64,000 bases of DNA, taken from the NCBI GenBank assembly GCA_947589065.1, contig CANPZM010000001.1, forward strand, positions 455-64,454, given 5' to 3'. Under the pieces are notes generated by a model. The model was given only the letters and a program-made list of their open reading frames with translations. It was not told the DNA's origin and searched no databases. The stretch is from an uncultured Clostridia bacterium. GTDB lineage: Bacteria > Bacillota > Clostridia > TANB77 > CAG-508. The position numbers and the translations under genes are program-made. Positions 19,672 through 29,869 of the stretch are shown one piece after another (the first letter of the stretch is position 1; each line of letters begins with the position of its first letter).

Positions 19672-20238
19672 TCACCAACTAAGTCCAATTTTTTTATCTT
19701 TTTCGATTTGCTTTTGATATCTCTCTTCCTCTGAAAAAATACAACCGCAATATTTTTGCATATACAATCCCAATTCTCTTGCTTTAGCTTGTCCTTCTCT
19801 AAATCCTTCTCTAAAGTCTCTATATAAAAAATCTATATTGTACTGTTTAGCTATTTTTTCACATATTTTTTTTAACTCATCATGTTTCTGGTATGGGCTA
19901 ACTAATAATGTAGTAGTAAATGCATCATATCCATTTTCTTTAGCATAATTGGCTGTTTGTTCTAATCTAACTGGATAGCAATAATTAATACATCTTTTTT
20001 CTATATCATCTATAACATTTTTACAAAATTTCTTTAGTCCATATTCTTCATTTATAATTAATTCAAAATTTGCCATTTTACTATATTCAATTAGTGTATC
20101 CCTTCTTGTTTTATATTCAATATATGGATGAATATTTGGATTGTACCAATATGAAACTGGTTCAATATTCTCTTTTCTTAAAGAGTCTATACAATACACA
20201 CTACATGGTGCACAACATGTATGCATTAATAATTTCAT
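19672..20238 (-). CDS. queH: epoxyqueuosine reductase QueH (DUF208)
   Basis: 188 aa. MKLLMHTCCAPCS N-terminal Cys signature and C-terminal CGC, characteristic of QueH. Confidence 0.85.
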   Translation of the reverse strand: MKLLMHTCCAPCSVYCIDSLRKENIEPVSYWYNPNIHPYIEYKTRRDTLIEYSKMANFELIINEEYGLKKFCKNVIDDIEKRCINYCYPVRLEQTANYAKENGYDAFTTTLLVSPYQKHDELKKICEKIAKQYNIDFLYRDFREGFREGQAKARELGLYMQKYCGCIFSEEERYQKQIEKDKKIGLSW

Positions 20239-20463
20239 TATCTTTCTCCTTCTAAAATATAATTATTTCTTTATTATTTTAGCAATAATTTTATATTCTA
20301 TTAATACTTAATCAAACACAATTCTTATTGCCAACCTTATTCAATTTTTTGCAACAATATTATTAATATATTACTTCAATCCATTTATATATATTTATTT
20401 AATTTTTCATCTCTATTATATAATTCTTTTATAGAATATAAAAGACTATCTTGTATAAATTTT

Positions 20464-20531
20464 TTCTATAATATGAAATTAGAACTTTCATATTATAGAA
20501 AAAGAAATATTATATTTCCTATAATATTTCT
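20464..20531 (-). terminator. Tandem AT-rich hairpins downstream of the adhesin C-terminal ORF; the second (20503-20531) is followed by a U-tract on the minus RNA
   Basis: Perfect inverted repeats TTCTATAATATGAAA/TTTCATATTATAGAA and AGAAATATTATA/TATAATATTTCT. Confidence 0.55.
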
Positions 20532-20565
20532 TCTCATACCATTTTTTTAATTTTTTGAATTTATT

Positions 20566-21234
20566 CTATACTAATTTTTTATATTTTACACAAGATATAA
20601 TACAAATACTTATAGCATCTATTGCTAATGTTAACAATAGCCTATATTTTTTATTTCCAGTGTTTGGTAATTTTCCTTTAGATAGTCCCTGAGATAAGTT
20701 TTCTTTTACTGCATTCTCCTTAATTGACTTTTTATTGGTTATTTTCTTATCCTCTTGATTTTCTTTTATTGGATTATCTTTTAACGTATTTTCAACGGTG
20801 AATTCATGTTCTAAGTTTTCATTAGTTACTTCAAAATTTATTGTATCTTCTTGCAAATCATATCCCTGAGGTGCTTGTATTTCTCTTATTTCATATTTTC
20901 CCAAATACAAATTTTCAAATTTAACTATTCCATTTTCTCCAGTTGTTTTTCTTTCTATTTCTTTTCCAGCTTTATAAATTGTTTCCTCATCTATTTCTAT
21001 ATCTTCCTTTGCATATAATCCAAATACTGCTCCTTGTAATGTTTTATTTGATTCATCTACTTTTGTTATTTGAGCTGAACCTAATTTCATTTTAACAGCT
21101 ATTTCCCCATTATTACCCAAATACGCAATTATACTATATTTTTCACTATCTTTACTATTACCATAAGATGGTGCATAATAAATATCCGCTGTTTTAGTTG
21201 AATTGTTTTCTTTTTGGTTAGAAAAATTCGTCAA
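20566..21234 (-). CDS. C-terminal part of a sortase-anchored adhesin: CnaB/SpaA-type domain with pilin E-box, LPNTG sorting signal, TM and basic tail. No ATG start; out of frame with the upstream ORF
   Basis: 222 aa. E-box-like YEIREIQAPQGY. KLPNTGN followed by a hydrophobic stretch and KYKKLV. The ORF-track Met is actually TTG. The reading frame stays open upstream through the poly(A) tract. Confidence 0.7.
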   Translation of the reverse strand: MTNFSNQKENNSTKTADIYYAPSYGNSKDSEKYSIIAYLGNNGEIAVKMKLGSAQITKVDESNKTLQGAVFGLYAKEDIEIDEETIYKAGKEIERKTTGENGIVKFENLYLGKYEIREIQAPQGYDLQEDTINFEVTNENLEHEFTVENTLKDNPIKENQEDKKITNKKSIKENAVKENLSQGLSKGKLPNTGNKKYRLLLTLAIDAISICIISCVKYKKLV

Positions 21235-21239
21235 ATTTT

Positions 21240-23901
21240 CTATTCTTTTCGCTCTTTTTTTGTTGTAACAACAACATCCTGTCCCTTTTTACTTACTTCT
21301 TGTTTCTTTGCTGTATCATAATAAGTTAAATAACTTTCACCTTTTTCATCTAAAAACTCTGCACCTTTATGTGCTGTTGCATATTGAACATATCTGCCTT
21401 CTGAATTGTCACTATTTTCCTCTGGTACATAATAATCTATTGCAAAGTAGTACGTCTCTTTTGGATTTATTTTGCTTAAATCCGTCACTGGATTTGATAA
21501 TTGAACATTTCCACCTGTTTCTTTTAACTCTCCTTCTCCTTTATCATTTCCACCACTAGATTTTTCATAAATAATTAAGTTTTTTTGAAATATATAAAAC
21601 CTATTATTGGATGATGGTATAAACGTTATTCCCGCATTACCAGATGTTTGTTTATTTTCTGAATCATATATTTTTTTGTTATAGAAATTAGAAAGAAAAT
21701 ATATATATGTATCCTTTTTTCCATTTTGCTCTATTTCTTCTCTTTTTTCTTTAAAATAATCTTTTGATATTTTTGTAAAGTCAATTTCTTTAGAATCTTG
21801 ATTAATTATTTGGCTATTTATTCCAACTGTATACACAATTCGAATTGGTAATGCGAAATCTGTACTACTATTTGTTTCATATTTTTTCACATTATTTAAT
21901 TCATCAATTTCTATCGAATCCAAATGGATTGGTATTGCATTACTAGGAATCGTTACATGTAGTAATTCATCATAATCTGAATCACTTTTTTCATTTGTAT
22001 AATTAACTTCCTTCCATATTTTTATATCGCTTAATTTAAATTTTCTCTCATTTCCATAGCTTTCATTCATTATTTCTATATCTTTATTGTCTGAATTAAC
22101 AGGTTTGTAATACTGTTTTGATATTTTTTTATTATCATTATCTTCTACAACTGGCTCACCATCTTTTATTATATTATATTCTCTTCCAAATAATAATAAT
22201 TTTTTTACTTCTTTTACCTCCATATACTTTCCTATTGGATCTATATATGATAAAGAATCTACATCTCCTGCTTCATTTTCACTACTATCAATTGGATTAA
22301 ATGATGTAACCGCAGTAGCTATAATTTCTGAAAATGAGCTCTCTATATCTCCTGATGAAATGTCTCTAAAAGATTCATTATAGTAAATATTTTGAATAAT
22401 ATCTTCATTTGTAACTTCATCATCATCTTTCAACTTATTTACTTTAAAATTTATTTGCCTATTATCACTATCTTTAAAGACTGTGGAAACATTTTCAGTA
22501 GATGTTTTCCATTGTTTCCAAAGCTCATATGCATCTATACTATCTTGTTTAAAATCCCATTTTACATCTGATAAATCCTGTTTAAAGAAATTCTTAGGAT
22601 CAAGAGTCGTATATATTCTTGGTACTTGCCATTGTGTAGTATCTGTATAAACCATTTCTGAAGTATCAACACTTACAGTATGTATTTTAAAATCTATTGA
22701 ATTATCATATTTAGACATATTAAACTTGTTAAATACTTCTTCATACTTTTTTTGTACTTTAACTTTCATATAAGAAGCAGTTAGTAAAATATCCAATATA
22801 GTCTCTTTTCCACCTCTATTCATTTCATTTGTTTCTGTACGATATTTTTTATAAATATTACTATTATTATAATTTTCAAGTGAATTTACTATTGGAACAT
22901 TATGCCATTCATCCCCAGTAATGTTTCCTTTATCTTTTAAAGCATAATTTGAACCACCATCTGATATTATAATTGCAGTTGGAATACGCATAACTTTACT
23001 ATCTACATTATCATATAATTCTTCAAATCCAGCATAAATACCTGCTTGCATATTTGTATTAAATCCTATGCATGCATTAATATTTTCTTCTTTTTCATCT
23101 GGCATGTTTGCAGTATAATTGTTTCTAACTGTATGATCAATAATTTCATTATTAGATTTCTTTGCATGTGCATGAAGAGTATATGCTGATGATCCACTCT
23201 TTGTAAGAGTCTTCTCATCATAATATTTAAAATCTTCAACAGTAATATATTCATTGCTACCTTCAATTTTTGTATAATGTTCCAATTCCATAAGTACATA
23301 AGATGTACCACCATACGCTATAACGCATATTCTATTTTTTTCATTACTATCCATTAATTTATCTATTAAATTATTAACCGCCGTAACTGTAGCTTGAATT
23401 CTTGAATGTGCTATACGTGTTTGTTCATCATCATGTTCCAGATTGTCAACAACATCTACTCCCATAGAACCTGAAACATCAATAATAATTGAAGTATCTA
23501 ATCCCAACGTTATTGACTGCTCTACTGATTGGCTTGAACCTAAAGCTGAAAAAACTGTTAAGAAATCATCATCATATTGTATATTAAACTTATCATCTAA
23601 CGTAACTTTTCCTTCTCCATTGTTTGCATAAACTGATTTGTCAGTCCACACACGACCATTATATCTGCCACCTTGATTATTTATATATTTTTTATAATCA
23701 TCTACTGTACTCGTATCAGCAATACGCACAATATTGTTTTGATTGTCTTGTATTTTCGTAATATTCATATTCTTAGCATCTTCTTCAGATTCTGCAAAAA
23801 CAACCATTAATGTATTTATATTTATAATTAATATAGCTATTATTAGTATTAAATAAAATATTTTTTCAAGTCTACGCTTTATAGATTTATTTTTTTTCAT
23901 G
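21240..23901 (-). CDS. N-terminal part of the same adhesin: signal peptide, von Willebrand factor A domain with MIDAS, and a large central region. Terminates 5 codons after a poly(A)7 tract
   Basis: Probable start MKKNKSIKRRL... at 23901, with SD GAAGG. Signal-peptide-like hydrophobic segment. VWA motifs IIDVSGSMG (DxSxS) and IIISDGGSN. The ORF track extends it to 23954. Confidence 0.75.
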
Positions 23902-24078
23902 TTTAGTACCTTCTTACTTTTCTTTATATTAATAATAGCAAATGCTTGTATCATTTACAATAATTCATAAAATATGTAATAATAATGTAAATTCATCTTA
24001 AAAAATAGTAAATATATATTAATAGTAGTTTTCAAATTACATGTATTAAAAACTTTACAATTTTATTTTTTTCATTAT

Positions 24079-24121
24079 ACAAACAGGCAGAAAGTTATTT
24101 TATAACTTTCTGCCTGTTTGT
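24079..24121. promoter_or_regulatory. Perfect 20-bp inverted repeat with 3-nt loop (43-bp palindrome) between the GT-C-like membrane protein gene and the adhesin gene
   Basis: ACAAACAGGCAGAAAGTTAT-TTT-ATAACTTTCTGCCTGTTTGT. No U-tract follows on either strand, so it may be a factor-dependent terminator or a protein-binding operator. Confidence 0.5.
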
Positions 24122-24135
24122 ATATCAACTTTACC

Positions 24136-25638
24136 TTATTCCTCACTCTTTTGATAAATATCAAAAATTGAGATTTTTCCCATTAAGTTCAAATTGTTTT
24201 GTACATATTCTCTTACTTTTGTTGGGTGTTGCCAATTAATATTATTACTTTTTATTAAATAAACACAATTATCTTCAGCTTTAATTCTTTCAATTATTCC
24301 ATCTTCTCCCTTAGCACCTAAATTACCTTGATTAAACATATCATAATCCTTATAATAAATATTTAAAGGTATATTATAAATAGCTGCTTCAGAATCTAAA
24401 ATATAAACTTTTTTCCCATTTTCTCTTTGTGTGTTTATATAATTATCTACCTCTAATATTCGTTTCTTTAAATTAATATTTTCTGGTATTCCATAAAAAT
24501 GTGACAATTCATATTCTTTTGGAGCTCTTATATACTTATTAATTATTATATTCCCTGAATATAGTGCAAACAATAAAATTGCAAAAGTTCCTACAAAATT
24601 TCCTAATATATATATTATTTTTCTTCCTTTTTCTTTTACTGGTATATATTTTTTTAATATACAATAAAAATAATAAATTGATGCAATAAATGTAATTAAA
24701 CTGCCTATTCCAAAATGAATTTTATCAGTAATTGGAAAAGCAACAACAAAACTTGAAATTGCATATGCAAAAAGAACATAAACTTCTCTCTTATTTTTTA
24801 TTAATGCACTTATAAACATTATTAGTATAAATGTTGGTACATACAAAGCATAAATCAATTTCTTTTTCATAAAAGAGGTATATGGTATTGAATTAGTAAA
24901 TGTTTTTAATCCTAAAACTGTATAATCTAGGAAATCAAATAAATTATTATTAACCAACAAATATATAATAAATATTAATACAGGTACTATTGCACCTATC
25001 AACCTTATAAATCCGATTTTTAAAAATTTTTTTAATTCGTCTTTATTTCTAACAGCTAATATTTTATAACCAATGCATGCAATTGTTATTGCCAATCCTG
25101 TAGTCTGTTTACACAAAATTGACAATCCTGCAATACATCCAATAAGAAACTCTCTTCTAAAATTACATTCAAAAACAGATACATTCTTTTTGTAAATTTC
25201 AATATATAACACCAATAAAGCAATCAATAATACTGCATAATTGTAATCAATACACATTATATCTTTAAAAGCATAGAGTAACACACTTAATGAAATAATA
25301 GCAATTTGAGAGTTAGTCACCCTTCTCAAAATTTGAAAAGCCATAAAAAATACTGAAGACATTAGAAGAATAGCCAAAAATCTCATAACAATTAATTGAT
25401 TTCCCAATATTTTTAAAATAACTCCACATATAAAATATAGTAATGGTGTTACTATCATATTAAAGTCTCTGTATGGTGCCAAACCATCCGCAATATTTCT
25501 TGCAAAATTATAATTCCAGATTTCATCTAAATTATTTATTGATTTTTGAAGTATATTTGAAGAGCAAATTATAAATATTAAAACAAATATTAAAATATTT
25601 TTTATTAGCTTAGTTAAATTCAATTTTTTTATATTCAT
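24136..25638 (-). CDS. Polytopic membrane protein with a C-terminal extracytoplasmic domain; possible GT-C-type glycosyltransferase
   Basis: 500 aa with at least 10 hydrophobic segments. LDEIWNYNFARNIADGLAPYRDF in the first loop. The C-terminal 150 aa are soluble. Confidence 0.4.
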   Translation of the reverse strand: MNIKKLNLTKLIKNILIFVLIFIICSSNILQKSINNLDEIWNYNFARNIADGLAPYRDFNMIVTPLLYFICGVILKILGNQLIVMRFLAILLMSSVFFMAFQILRRVTNSQIAIISLSVLLYAFKDIMCIDYNYAVLLIALLVLYIEIYKKNVSVFECNFRREFLIGCIAGLSILCKQTTGLAITIACIGYKILAVRNKDELKKFLKIGFIRLIGAIVPVLIFIIYLLVNNNLFDFLDYTVLGLKTFTNSIPYTSFMKKKLIYALYVPTFILIMFISALIKNKREVYVLFAYAISSFVVAFPITDKIHFGIGSLITFIASIYYFYCILKKYIPVKEKGRKIIYILGNFVGTFAILLFALYSGNIIINKYIRAPKEYELSHFYGIPENINLKKRILEVDNYINTQRENGKKVYILDSEAAIYNIPLNIYYKDYDMFNQGNLGAKGEDGIIERIKAEDNCVYLIKSNNINWQHPTKVREYVQNNLNLMGKISIFDIYQKSEE

Positions 25639-25647
25639 TTACAATCC

Positions 25648-26685
25648 TTATTTTTCATAATATTCTATTCCTAAATGGTCATAAGCTAATGGTGTAGCTA
25701 CTCTTCCTCTAGGAGTTCTTGCAATAAATCCTATTTGTAACAAATATGGTTCATAAACATCTTCTATTGTTCCATTCTCTTCTCCAATAGTTGCTGTTAA
25801 TGTTTCAATACCAACTGGTCCACCTCTATAATTATAAATAATTGATTCTAAGATTTTTTTATCTGTATTATCAAGCCCTAAATCATCTATTTCTAATTTA
25901 TTTAATGCTATTTTTGCAATCCTTAAAGAAATATTTCCATCTCCTAGTACAAGTGCAAAGTCAGCAACTCTTTTTAAAAGTCTATTTGCAATTCTAGGTG
26001 TTCCCCTTGAACGTTTTGCTACTTCCATAGATGCCTCATTATCTATAGATATTCCAAGAATATCCGCAGATCTTCGAATAATAGTATCTAAATCATCTGG
26101 AGCATATAGTTCTAATCTTTCTACTATTCCAAATCTATCACGAAGTGGTGTTGATAAACTTCCAACTTTAGTAGTAGCACCAACTAGAGTAAATTTAGGT
26201 AAATCAAGTCTTATTGATCTTGCAGCAGGTCCTTTACCGATAATTATATCTAAATTATAATCTTCCAAAGCAGGATATAATATTTCTTCTACATTTCTAT
26301 TCATTCTATGTATTTCATCTATAAATAAAATATCATTTTCTGATAAACTTGTTAAAATTGCAGCCAAATCTCCTGGTTTTTCTATTGCTGGACCAGATGT
26401 AATCTTTATATTTGTACCCATTTCATTTGCCAAAATATTTGCTAATGTTGTTTTTCCTAATCCTGGAGGTCCATATAATAATACATGATCCAATGTTTGT
26501 TTTCTTTTTTTTGCTGCTTCTATACATATCTTCATATTTTCTTTTACTTTATTCTGTCCAATATATTCCTTCAATTTTTGAGGTCTTAATGATGTTTCTT
26601 GCATTTCTTCTGATTCATCTTTAATCCTAGGAATTAATAAATTTTCATCAAATTCTCCATCATCAAATTCCATAACATCCTCCAA
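25648..26685 (-). CDS. ruvB: Holliday junction branch-migration helicase RuvB
   Basis: 345 aa. Walker [10 protein letters not shown], Walker B DEIHR, and RuvB C-terminal winged helix. Confidence 0.95.
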   Translation of the reverse strand: MEDVMEFDDGEFDENLLIPRIKDESEEMQETSLRPQKLKEYIGQNKVKENMKICIEAAKKRKQTLDHVLLYGPPGLGKTTLANILANEMGTNIKITSGPAIEKPGDLAAILTSLSENDILFIDEIHRMNRNVEEILYPALEDYNLDIIIGKGPAARSIRLDLPKFTLVGATTKVGSLSTPLRDRFGIVERLELYAPDDLDTIIRRSADILGISIDNEASMEVAKRSRGTPRIANRLLKRVADFALVLGDGNISLRIAKIALNKLEIDDLGLDNTDKKILESIIYNYRGGPVGIETLTATIGEENGTIEDVYEPYLLQIGFIARTPRGRVATPLAYDHLGIEYYEK

Positions 26686-27057
26686 TTTATTATCTTTCTG
26701 TTAATCAATTTAATAGTTTTTTATTTGGGCATATTTTATCATTTCTTACATAAAAAAACAATAAAACATATATTTAAAATAATGCCAAACCTTTTTTAAC
26801 AATATTTCAATTAAATTTCATATAAAACTATTTGTTTTTACAATAAAATGACATTATTCTTATATTCAATAATTTTTGTAAAATCATACTCATATTATAA
26901 ACATTTATATAATAGAACAAAAGCGGACATTATCAACATTTTCGCTATTTATAATATTTTAAAGTCCACGTCTTTGTTCGTCCGCGAAAAATTGTATAAC
27001 AATTTTTCTGTGGAATGCTTTATATTATAGGAAGTTCAGAGAAATTTCATATAATAT

Positions 27058-27090
27058 AAAAAGGGCTGTTCATTTATAGCCCTTTTATTA
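27058..27090. terminator. Bidirectional intrinsic terminator (AAAAAGGGCT...AGCCCTTTTATTATTTT)
   Basis: GC stem GGGCT/AGCCC flanked by an A-run and a T-run, 3 nt downstream of the stop of the gene at 27093..27764. Confidence 0.7.
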
Positions 27091-27092
27091 TT

Positions 27093-27764
27093 TTAATATT
27101 TCATATTTTCAATTTCAAATTTTGAATAATTTGGTATATATTTTGAAAGCATATTATAAAAACTTTTAGTATGATTTTTATACTTCAAATGACAAAATTC
27201 ATGCATAATAATATATTCCACAACTTCTCTTTTATATTTAATAATACGAGGATTAACAATTATTATTTTATCTTGTGTACATTTTGCAATACAATCATTC
27301 ATATCCATTATCTTATAATCTTCAGGTGCAATTCCTGTCAATGTCCTACTTTTATCCATTATGTTGTCAAGTTCTCTTTCACAAATTTTTGTATATAATT
27401 TATCAATTAAAATATCTGTCATTGACTCTTTACTTATTTTTTTATATTTCTTTGGTAAGCAAATCTTCACAACATTATTTTCCAAATCACACTGAATTAC
27501 ATTCACATTTTTATATAATACTTTTAAGCTATAAGTAATACCTAAAATCTGTATTGGACGTAAGCTTATTTTTTCTTCTTTTTTTTCTTCATATTCTGTT
27601 AGCTTTTTTATTATCCATTCTCTTTTATTGGCAACAATTTCTTGAATTTTATTCTGAGTTGTATACCAAGGAGCACGTACTAAAACTTCTCCATTTTGAA
27701 CCGAAATATATAAAACACTATCATTCGTTTTATTTACAGTATAAGTAATTACTTGATTTTTCAT
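27093..27764 (-). CDS. YgjP-like (DUF45/WLM-type) zinc metallohydrolase
   Basis: 223 aa. C-terminal HEFCHLKYKNHTKSFY matches the DUF45 HExxH...H signature. Confidence 0.6.
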   Translation of the reverse strand: MKNQVITYTVNKTNDSVLYISVQNGEVLVRAPWYTTQNKIQEIVANKREWIIKKLTEYEEKKEEKISLRPIQILGITYSLKVLYKNVNVIQCDLENNVVKICLPKKYKKISKESMTDILIDKLYTKICERELDNIMDKSRTLTGIAPEDYKIMDMNDCIAKCTQDKIIIVNPRIIKYKREVVEYIIMHEFCHLKYKNHTKSFYNMLSKYIPNYSKFEIENMKY

Positions 27765-27958
27765 ACTACTACCTCCTTAGTTTCTTTAGAACTTTTGTTT
27801 GGTAGTATTTTATATCTTCCTTTTCATTTTGTCAATACTTTTTCGAAAATTTGTTCGTTTTTTTAATTTATTTATCATTAAAATTCTCTAATACTTCTAA
27901 TACTATCTACCTCTAATAAATATTATCATATAAAAGCCTTTAAGCTTCTTCCTTCATA

Positions 27959-28822
27959 CTATAAAACAACATCTCTTTTCAATAAACCTTTGCTTACTAC
28001 ACCTATTCCCAAAAATTTATTATTATTATAAATTTTATATATTCCATCATCTAACACTTGTGTAAGTTTTACACCATTCAAAAACAATTCTGTTTTTCTA
28101 TCATTTAAAATAATATTTTCAATATTTTTAAATAAATTTTCAATAGAAATAATTTTTTTATCTTTATCAGGGCTTTTTTCTAATTCATCCAATTTAATGC
28201 AATCATCAATGCAAAAATTATCTATTTTAGTTCTTGTTAATTCTTTCATAACACCTATTGTACCTATTTTTTCTGCAATTGATTCGCATAAAGTTCTTAT
28301 ATACGTTCCTTTGGAGCATTTTACTTTAAAAATTATTTCATTATTAGCATAATCAATGTTTTCAATTTTTATATCATATATTTGTATTTTTCGTGGTGTT
28401 CTTTCTATTTGTTTTCCATCTCTTGCATATTCATACAATTTTTTCCCATTTACCTTTATTGCTGAATACATTGGCGGAAGTTGTTCATTTTCTCCAATAA
28501 AAGATTTTATTATACTTATGTATTTATCCTTCAATTCTTCCTTTAATAAAAATTTTTCTGTTTTTATTATATTTCCTTCTAAATCACCTGTATCAGTTTT
28601 TATCCCAATTTTTAGAGTTGCCAAATATTCTTTATCATGTTCAACTAAATACTTGGATATTTTAGTAGCTTTACCAATCATTATTGGAAGCACTCCCATA
28701 GCTTCTGGATCAAGTGTCCCACAATGTCCAACTTTTTTCACATTGAAAATTTTTCTTATTTTAGCAACCACTCCAAAAGAAGTAATTCCTTTTTCTTTAT
28801 TTATCAAAATTATACCATCCAT
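27959..28822 (-). CDS. truB: tRNA pseudouridine(55) synthase
   Basis: 287 aa. GHCGTLDPEAMGVLPI catalytic Asp motif. Confidence 0.9.
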   Translation of the reverse strand: MDGIILINKEKGITSFGVVAKIRKIFNVKKVGHCGTLDPEAMGVLPIMIGKATKISKYLVEHDKEYLATLKIGIKTDTGDLEGNIIKTEKFLLKEELKDKYISIIKSFIGENEQLPPMYSAIKVNGKKLYEYARDGKQIERTPRKIQIYDIKIENIDYANNEIIFKVKCSKGTYIRTLCESIAEKIGTIGVMKELTRTKIDNFCIDDCIKLDELEKSPDKDKKIISIENLFKNIENIILNDRKTELFLNGVKLTQVLDDGIYKIYNNNKFLGIGVVSKGLLKRDVVL

Positions 28823-28900
28823 AATTACACCTTATATCAAATTAGCGATTTCTATGAAATAAAATTTTCATACAAATCGCTAATTTTTATATTTAATAAA

Positions 28901-29851
28901 TTATTTTAAAAATCTTTTTGTTTGAGTTAAAATCCTTTCTTTTGATTCTTTTAAAGAATATGGTAACGTACAACCAGCAGCTTTGACATGTCCTCCACCA
29001 TTAAATAATAAACATATATCTGATACATTGACATAATCATTTGAACGAAGAGAAGCTTTGAATCCTTTTTCTGTTTCATATAAAAATATTGATACTTCTA
29101 CATTTTCAACATCTCTACCGTTTTCAACAATACCCTCTAAGTCGCTTTGGTTAACACCAAGTTTATCTATATCTTCCTTTGTCATATATGTATAAGCAAT
29201 TTTTCCATTTTCAAGAAATTCTAGTCTATTCATTGTTAATTTTCTTGCTTCAAATTTCCTTCTTGAAATATTGCTTAGCACATCTCTATATACTTTTGAA
29301 ATTACAACTCCTTTTTCTAAAAATTCTGATGCTATTTCAAAAGTTTCAGATGTAACGCCTTCATATCTAAATCCTCCAGTATCTGTTATTATACCAGTTA
29401 TTAAGCAAGTAGCCACATCTTTATCTATATCAATTTTATAATATTCTAAAATACTAGTTACAATTTGTGCACATGCTGGAGCCACATGATTAACAAAATT
29501 CAAATCTCCAAACATTCCATTTGATGGATGATGATCTATATTAACACGAGTAGTACATTTCAAAAAAGTTTCTTTAGGATCATCTAATCTTTTTATATCT
29601 GCACAATCTAAAGCAATAGCTAAATCATATTTTTTTAATGAAGGTTCTACTAGTACATCCTTTGATGCTGGTAAAAATGAAAAAGTGTTTGGAAAATTTG
29701 GAATAATCATCTCAACATTTTTTTCTAGTTTCTTTAAAATCAAATATAATGCCATAGTACTTCCAATTGCATCACCATCTGGATTTTCATGTGTAAATAA
29801 AACTATTGTTTTAGAATTTTTAATAACTTCTCTTATATCTTCTAATGTCAT
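28901..29851 (-). CDS. nrnA: DHH/DHHA1 phosphoesterase NrnA (oligoribonuclease/pAp phosphatase)
   Basis: 316 aa. HENPDGDAIGS and DHH motifs and a GGGH C-terminal DHHA1 motif. In the conserved position between rbfA and truB. Confidence 0.8.
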   Translation of the reverse strand: MTLEDIREVIKNSKTIVLFTHENPDGDAIGSTMALYLILKKLEKNVEMIIPNFPNTFSFLPASKDVLVEPSLKKYDLAIALDCADIKRLDDPKETFLKCTTRVNIDHHPSNGMFGDLNFVNHVAPACAQIVTSILEYYKIDIDKDVATCLITGIITDTGGFRYEGVTSETFEIASEFLEKGVVISKVYRDVLSNISRRKFEARKLTMNRLEFLENGKIAYTYMTKEDIDKLGVNQSDLEGIVENGRDVENVEVSIFLYETEKGFKASLRSNDYVNVSDICLLFNGGGHVKAAGCTLPYSLKESKERILTQTKRFLK

Positions 29852-29869
29852 TTATTGTACCTCTCTTTA

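Noticed and set aside
23955-24135. Possible c-di-GMP riboswitch upstream of the LPXTG adhesin (by analogy with c-di-GMP-II controlled adhesins in Clostridioides)
   Set aside because: The region is almost pure A/T with no GC-rich paired elements other than the 43-bp palindrome. Nothing resembles GEMM-I/II conserved cores.
26686-27092. LexA (Cheo/GAAC-N4-GTTC) box upstream of ruvB
   Set aside because: No GAAC-N4-GTTY match on either strand. Only unrelated palindromes are present.
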